From Candidatus Thorarchaeota archaeon (GTDB lineage: Archaea; Asgardarchaeota; Thorarchaeia; Thorarchaeales; Thorarchaeaceae), in the NCBI GenBank assembly GCA_011364985.1, contig RDOC01000001.1:224001-288000 (forward strand): a DNA stretch of 64,000 nt, in the 5' to 3' direction. This document shows, in pieces, positions 59,192 to 64,000 of the stretch (the first letter of the stretch is position 1; the number at the start of each line of letters is the position of its first letter). The position numbers were made by a program, and so were the translations under genes. Below the pieces are notes generated by a model that was not told the origin of the DNA, searched no databases, and worked only from the letters and a program-made list of their open reading frames with translations.

Positions 59192-60098
59192 GTTTGAACC
59201 AGTCTACCGTCCTTTTTATACCTTCATCCAATGTAATGGTCATCTTGTGGCCAAGGTCAGCCTTTGCCTTTGATGAGTCTGCTATCTTGAATCTGGTAGT
59301 AAAGGGTTCTTCTTCTTTGAAAGTGATTTTTGACGGGTCGGCTCCTGTGTGTTTCACGACAATATCGGATAGCTCTTCGATGGAGTATTGTTTTTCGCTT
59401 CCGAGATTGTACACTTCACCGGGCTTGAAATCGTCAATGATGTTTGCCAGAGATCGGCAGATGTCTTCCACGTATTCGAAGGTTCTCTTGTGCCCCTTGT
59501 GAACGGTATAGGGAAGACCATGGAGAGCACGGTAGATGAAAACGGGGACAACTCCTCTGAAGGGGCTATAGTGTTCATGTGGTCCATATACGTTGAAGAG
59601 ACGTACCCGGACGGATTCAGTGCCATCCATCTTACTGGAGTTCAGGATTTGGAGCTCATTGACCCATTTTGACAGAGCATAGTCGTTCATCTGTTTGATG
59701 GGGATCCTCTCCATGACATCTTCAGCCATGACCCCGTCATAATCCCCGTAGACCTCAGCACTGCCAAAGAAGATTAACTTGAAGCCGTATTCCTTTTGCG
59801 CCGTCAAAATGTTTTTTGTCCCTACTGCATTGGTATTCCAAAGGTTCTCATAATGTGCCTCCCCGTTCCACCGGCCATATTCGGCTGCGGCGTGGTAGAC
59901 ATAGTCAAACTCCTTTCCTTCGAATATTCTCTGAATCTGTCTGTAAGATGCTACATCACATCGAAGAAATCGGAGATCTTTCGATTGGAGGATGTCCGCG
60001 GACCAAGCATCATACCCTCTCTTTTGGAGCTCCGAAACAAGATTTACACCAATGAACCCTTGCCCACCAGTCACCAACACTAGAGTCAAAACCGTCAA
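59169..60098 (-). CDS. NAD-dependent epimerase/dehydratase (extended SDR)
   Basis: VTGGQGFIG, HAAAEYG, SAEVYG, YALSK, RLFNVYGP, RTFEYVED. Start uncertain by a few codons. Confidence 0.93.
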   Translation of the reverse strand: MTVLTLVLVTGGQGFIGVNLVSELQKRGYDAWSADILQSKDLRFLRCDVASYRQIQRIFEGKEFDYVYHAAAEYGRWNGEAHYENLWNTNAVGTKNILTAQKEYGFKLIFFGSAEVYGDYDGVMAEDVMERIPIKQMNDYALSKWVNELQILNSSKMDGTESVRVRLFNVYGPHEHYSPFRGVVPVFIYRALHGLPYTVHKGHKRTFEYVEDICRSLANIIDDFKPGEVYNLGSEKQYSIEELSDIVVKHTGADPSKITFKEEEPFTTRFKIADSSKAKADLGHKMTITLDEGIKRTVDWFKLAYRIGE

Positions 60099-60335
60099 CC
60101 GCCTTTGCTTTCTCCCAGTCGGATTTGTCCCTCCAAATCGTCCTTAAAAGACTAGTGGAGCACTAAGGCACTTTGCTGCTTCATCTGAATCTCCATTACG
60201 ATTAAAAATGGTCCACACCTTTCAAAGAACAGGGTATGAAATGTACCCCATATCGACATTAAGTTCTGTGGATCTCAGATGGATATAGGCGCCATCCTAA
60301 TATTGTGTTCTTGAACATCCACTAGGTGTGATATA

Positions 60336-63300
60336 ATGGGAGATTGGTATGAAGCAATTGGCTATCAGCAGAGAAGAAGTGAGAAACTAGCAAGACATCT
60401 ATTGAATGCAATTATGGCAGCAATATTCCCGTTTCTGATAGTTATCCTTCTTCCTTATGCAATCCCCTTCAGATTCGGATTTGCCGTCATTGTTTCAGTC
60501 ATTGCAGGACTGACTGCAATCATCATCACAGACACTGAAACCATTATTGTCTATTCTAATACGATAAAGAGAAGTCAACTAATGTTTGTTATGCTCTATA
60601 CAGGGCTAATCCTCATTACTGCATTGTCATTGGGAACCCCTTTCGAACCGGTTGTTCTGGCATCCAGAGATCTGACTCGCTATTTGCCCAGTTTCCTAGT
60701 AACGGTATTGCTTACATCGTTCATGCCAGGATATGCAATTGTTGTATCTGTTATGGAAGATGCAACAGACACCACAGAGAGATTGGTGTATTCAATTCTA
60801 AGTAGCTTCTTGGTTACAGGATGCATCGGATTCATCTCGTGGAATTTGAGTGCTATGGCACTCTCCAAGCCGATTCTTGTCGCAACGAATCTTCTAATTC
60901 TGGCAGTATACGTGATCTACAACATAATCAGTGAAAGGCCCGATTCGATTTCATCGGAGCGTTCCAAGACTAAAATGAGCATAATGAATGCAATTGTGCT
61001 TGTTGTGCTATCTCTATTCTTGTATTTGACATATTTCACTGTGCACAATATATTCGAATCATCACTCCCAATTGTAGGGGATGAGTTCGATCATGTTGCG
61101 TATATTGCAAAGCTTCTTTCTAATTCAGTCACATGGCAAGAAGATAAGCTGGGGATACTCACAACACCGTCATACCCGTACCTTTTCCATCTGTTCATGG
61201 CCGTCTGTGTGACTATATCTGGAATCGCTGTTGCAGATTATCTCCTGCTCAGTGCCTTGATACTACTACCCTTACCAATGTTGGCATTCTATGTCATGAG
61301 TAAGACAGTAACTGGAAATTCCAAGCAGTCCATTGTTGCTACTGTACTCTTCCAAGTTACTTCCGACTTCGGTTGGCTCATTGCCATTTCTTCATACTCA
61401 GGCACCAATGACCTTCAGACAATCCTAAGTGTATCAAATGATACCTGTAGCATTATCTTTTCTCTGTGGCTGCCGATTATTGTTGCACCCTATCTGATAG
61501 ATCTAGCCGCGTTCTTGTTGATTATGGGACTGATGTTCAACAAGAATGCAGACTCAGGGAAACTAGTGACAATCTCGACTATTCTTCTTATTATTAGCAT
61601 ACTTAGCCATATGGAGAAAGCATTAATCATAGCGGGACTCACTGGTATCCTTTCACTGATTGGAGTCATAACAAGTAAACGGGGCATTAGGACAAAAGAG
61701 ATAGGAGCTGCCCTAGTTCTCGCCTCGATAGTTGTTATTGTCATCGATCTAGTGGCCCTCAGAAGGCTGTTCACAGCATATTACATAGCCACCTTGGTTG
61801 TTTGTATTGTTGCAGGGGAGTTGGCCTATCTCGTAAGCGACAGGCATTTCAATTCCAAATCCATTCAAAATTGGCTGACTTACAATTATAAACCAACAGC
61901 AATCGTTGCGACTTTGCTTTTTGTGGGAACTGCATATTTGGAGTTCATCTTTGGTAAGACTCCAGGTGCACATTGCTCCTGGATTCCCCTCTTTCTTATT
62001 CCACTTAAGCTAGGTATTGTCGGAGTACTAGCCGGTATTTGGCTCCTAAAATTGGACTTTCGCAACGCCAGAAAACACGGAGTTCTACTTGTGCTGGTGT
62101 CCTGTGTAATTCTGGGGGAGATAGGTCTATATCACGCGGGCATACCATTTGCATTGATCGTAGGCTCCATTTTGGATGAGTTCAGATACGTCAGAGATGT
62201 TGTATGGCCGATTTTTTCATTAGCTGGGTCTGTGGCACTCTTCGTGCTAGTGGAAAGAATACAGAGGTTCCGCGCTCCATCCTTTATGAGAAAGATAACC
62301 AAAGGATTGGTTCCAAGTCTGGTCATTGGATTGCTCCTTGCCTCAAGTATACCATCCCATCTACTGAAGATTCAGTACAATGCTGCTAATAGCGGGATAA
62401 ATCAAAACATTGAGCCGGTTGTAGAATTCATGGATACACTGAATATCACAGATGGAGGCACAGTTTATGCCCCCGCAAATCTGGCAAGAAGTGTCGCTGC
62501 AGTCACCGGAGCAATTGTATATTCTCCATCAACGTCAGTTTATGGTCCATTGCTTTCCGACGGGTCAGACATATACACAACACTGTGGCTTTTAAATTAC
62601 CTCAACGTGCAATACATGATTCTCGACAAGCCAAATTCGATAGTGGGAATTGGACCTGTTGCAGAGATGTCACCTATCCTGTATAGCGATAGTGCATATC
62701 GGGTCTGCCAAGTACTCACACAGTCAGGCCCCACATTGACATCAAGTACCGCTCTTGTTGATGACCATGTCGTAGAACGCTTTGGAGAGGAAATTGGATT
62801 CGGCATGAAGCCAAGTTGGCAAGAATCATTTTCGAATGTTTCGAACTGGGTGGCAGCTCCCATGACGTTCACTAATGTCTTAGAGTACTCGTTGACGACA
62901 AATGAGGACGGGGAAGCTCAGCTGATGGCATCTGGAGTGGCAGGAAGCAAAACGGTCATGCTATATCAGATGCTCTTTGATGCTGGACTACAAGTGGAGA
63001 AGGGAACGTATATTGGTGTTAGGTTCAAAACTTCGCCCGGTGCAAAATTACTTGTTCAGATTCTTTACAACGATAGGACAATGAGCAATGCGCGCCTTGG
63101 AAGCACACCGTATCTGCAGTCAGAAGACTGGATATCATTAACCACATATCTTGATAATGTTGGGGCTAACGTAACAGGGCTAAGAATCGGTCTTACCAAC
63201 ATATACAATGAAGATGTATCCGAGTTGAATGGGAGTATTGACTATCTAGTGATTAATAGAGAGGATTCTAATCGTGCTGATGCGGCCATACTTCTTTCCA

Positions 63301-64000
63301 TGACGAATCTCAATTTCACGACTATATCAAGTTGGGATTCCATCCTTGAAGCTCAGCCTTCAGTAATCATAGCATCAGAGGATTCAACTTACGGGAATCT
63401 GACTAGCTTCTTCGCACGCATCAATGAAGACTCAAGAGTGATTCTTCTCGGAAATCTAAATGAAAGCAGTAGCATCCAAGACTATATCGACATCACAAAC
63501 CTCAACTGCTCAACAGTAGCTGATTCCCTTGTTGCATCTGATGAAACATGGAATATTCCTTCTATGCGAGTTGATTGCATATCAATATCAGGCGGACTGG
63601 TGCTTAGTACATATGCTGGAAATCAGAACCTGCCCTTTCATGTAAGATTATTTGTCAACGACACAAGGCAAATAGACTATCTGAATGTGTGGCCTCTTAT
63701 CGAAGCTATAAGGGGAACAGGTAATGAAGACGCTTTGGGAGAAGCACAGCTGGCATTGACCGAATACCTCCAGATTCAGTTGATGCTTCCAAGTTGCTCA
63801 TATATTGAACGAAAATTCTATTTGAAGAACTCAGGATTTGTTAGATATGCTGGTACTCTTGAAATAGAAACAACAGGATTGATTCTGCCGCATATCTTAC
63901 AGAATGAATCCTTAGGAAGCTTAACTAACGCCAGCATTTTGGTGGTTGAAGGGGAAGCGAGATTTGAGCCCGCACAATTTGGCTACTTGATCATCTCTAT
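60336..64000 (+). CDS. Large multi-pass membrane protein, GT-C-like, paralog of 54558..58139 (3' truncated by window)
   Basis: ATG 60336 after AGGTG; reads MGDWYEAIGYQQRRSEKLARHLLNAIMAAIFP...LLTSFMPGYAIV...GDEFDHVAYIAK...YPYLFH..., and the same frame is open at the window end (..RFEPAQFGYLIIS). Absent from the ORF track, consistent with no stop in the window. Confidence 0.8.
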   Translation, partial: MGDWYEAIGYQQRRSEKLARHLLNAIMAAIFPFLIVILLPYAIPFRFGFAVIVSVIAGLTAIIITDTETIIVYSNTIKRSQLMFVMLYTGLILITALSLGTPFEPVVLASRDLTRYLPSFLVTVLLTSFMPGYAIVVSVMEDATDTTERLVYSILSSFLVTGCIGFISWNLSAMALSKPILVATNLLILAVYVIYNIISERPDSISSERSKTKMSIMNAIVLVVLSLFLYLTYFTVHNIFESSLPIVGDEFDHVAYIAKLLSNSVTWQEDKLGILTTPSYPYLFHLFMAVCVTISGIAVADYLLLSALILLPLPMLAFYVMSKTVTGNSKQSIVATVLFQVTSDFGWLIAISSYSGTNDLQTILSVSNDTCSIIFSLWLPIIVAPYLIDLAAFLLIMGLMFNKNADSGKLVTISTILLIISILSHMEKALIIAGLTGILSLIGVITSKRGIRTKEIGAALVLASIVVIVIDLVALRRLFTAYYIATLVVCIVAGELAYLVSDRHFNSKSIQNWLTYNYKPTAIVATLLFVGTAYLEFIFGKTPGAHCSWIPLFLIPLKLGIVGVLAGIWLLKLDFRNARKHGVLLVLVSCVILGEIGLYHAGIPFALIVGSILDEFRYVRDVVWPIFSLAGSVALFVLVERIQRFRAPSFMRKITKGLVPSLVIGLLLASSIPSHLLKIQYNAANSGINQNIEPVVEFMDTLNITDGGTVYAPANLARSVAAVTGAIVYSPSTSVYGPLLSDGSDIYTTLWLLNYLNVQYMILDKPNSIVGIGPVAEMSPILYSDSAYRVCQVLTQSGPTLTSSTALVDDHVVERFGEEIGFGMKPSWQESFSNVSNWVAAPMTFTNVLEYSLTTNEDGEAQLMASGVAGSKTVMLYQMLFDAGLQVEKGTYIGVRFKTSPGAKLLVQILYNDRTMSNARLGSTPYLQSEDWISLTTYLDNVGANVTGLRIGLTNIYNEDVSELNGSIDYLVINREDSNRADAAILLSMTNLNFTTISSWDSILEAQPSVIIASEDSTYGNLTSFFARINEDSRVILLGNLNESSSIQDYIDITNLNCSTVADSLVASDETWNIPSMRVDCISISGGLVLSTYAGNQNLPFHVRLFVNDTRQIDYLNVWPLIEAIRGTGNEDALGEAQLALTEYLQIQLMLPSCSYIERKFYLKNSGFVRYAGTLEIETTGLILPHILQNESLGSLTNASILVVEGEARFEPAQFGYLIIS

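Overview
Gene-dense archaeal chromosomal segment. It is most consistent with an Asgard archaeon (Thorarchaeota-like), inferred from a Rab-like GTPase with near-complete RabF motifs, an A-type ATP synthase, archaeal ApgM/TrmI, GGTGA/GGAGG ribosome-binding sites and many hypothetical proteins I do not recognise. The window starts in the 3' end of a RuBisCO-superfamily gene, followed by assorted metabolic and repair genes, an interrupted GNAT gene, a Rab-like GTPase and a PAS-PAS histidine kinase. Next come a phosphohexomutase, a small coiled-coil/Pro-rich protein ending in an Ena/VASP-like F-actin-binding motif, and a complete bacillithiol-type bshB/bshA/bshC cluster. The middle holds pyrF, a HerA-like ATPase, trmI, a 772-aa helical-repeat protein, a scrambled partial A-type ATP synthase cluster (I, H, E, K, C plus an AtpZ-like gene), LarA and a second FGGY kinase. 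The remainder holds a stand-alone complex I/Mrp-like membrane arm (J1-J2-K-L-M-N), a UPF0182 protein, lower-glycolysis genes (apgM, eno, pyk) and the start of a surface-glycosylation locus (two epimerases, two large GT-C-like membrane proteins, the last running off the window). No rRNA, tRNA, CRISPR array or transposase was recognised. The most notable items are the VASP-FAB-like protein and the archaeal bacillithiol-type cluster. All family assignments come from motif recognition by eye, not database searches.
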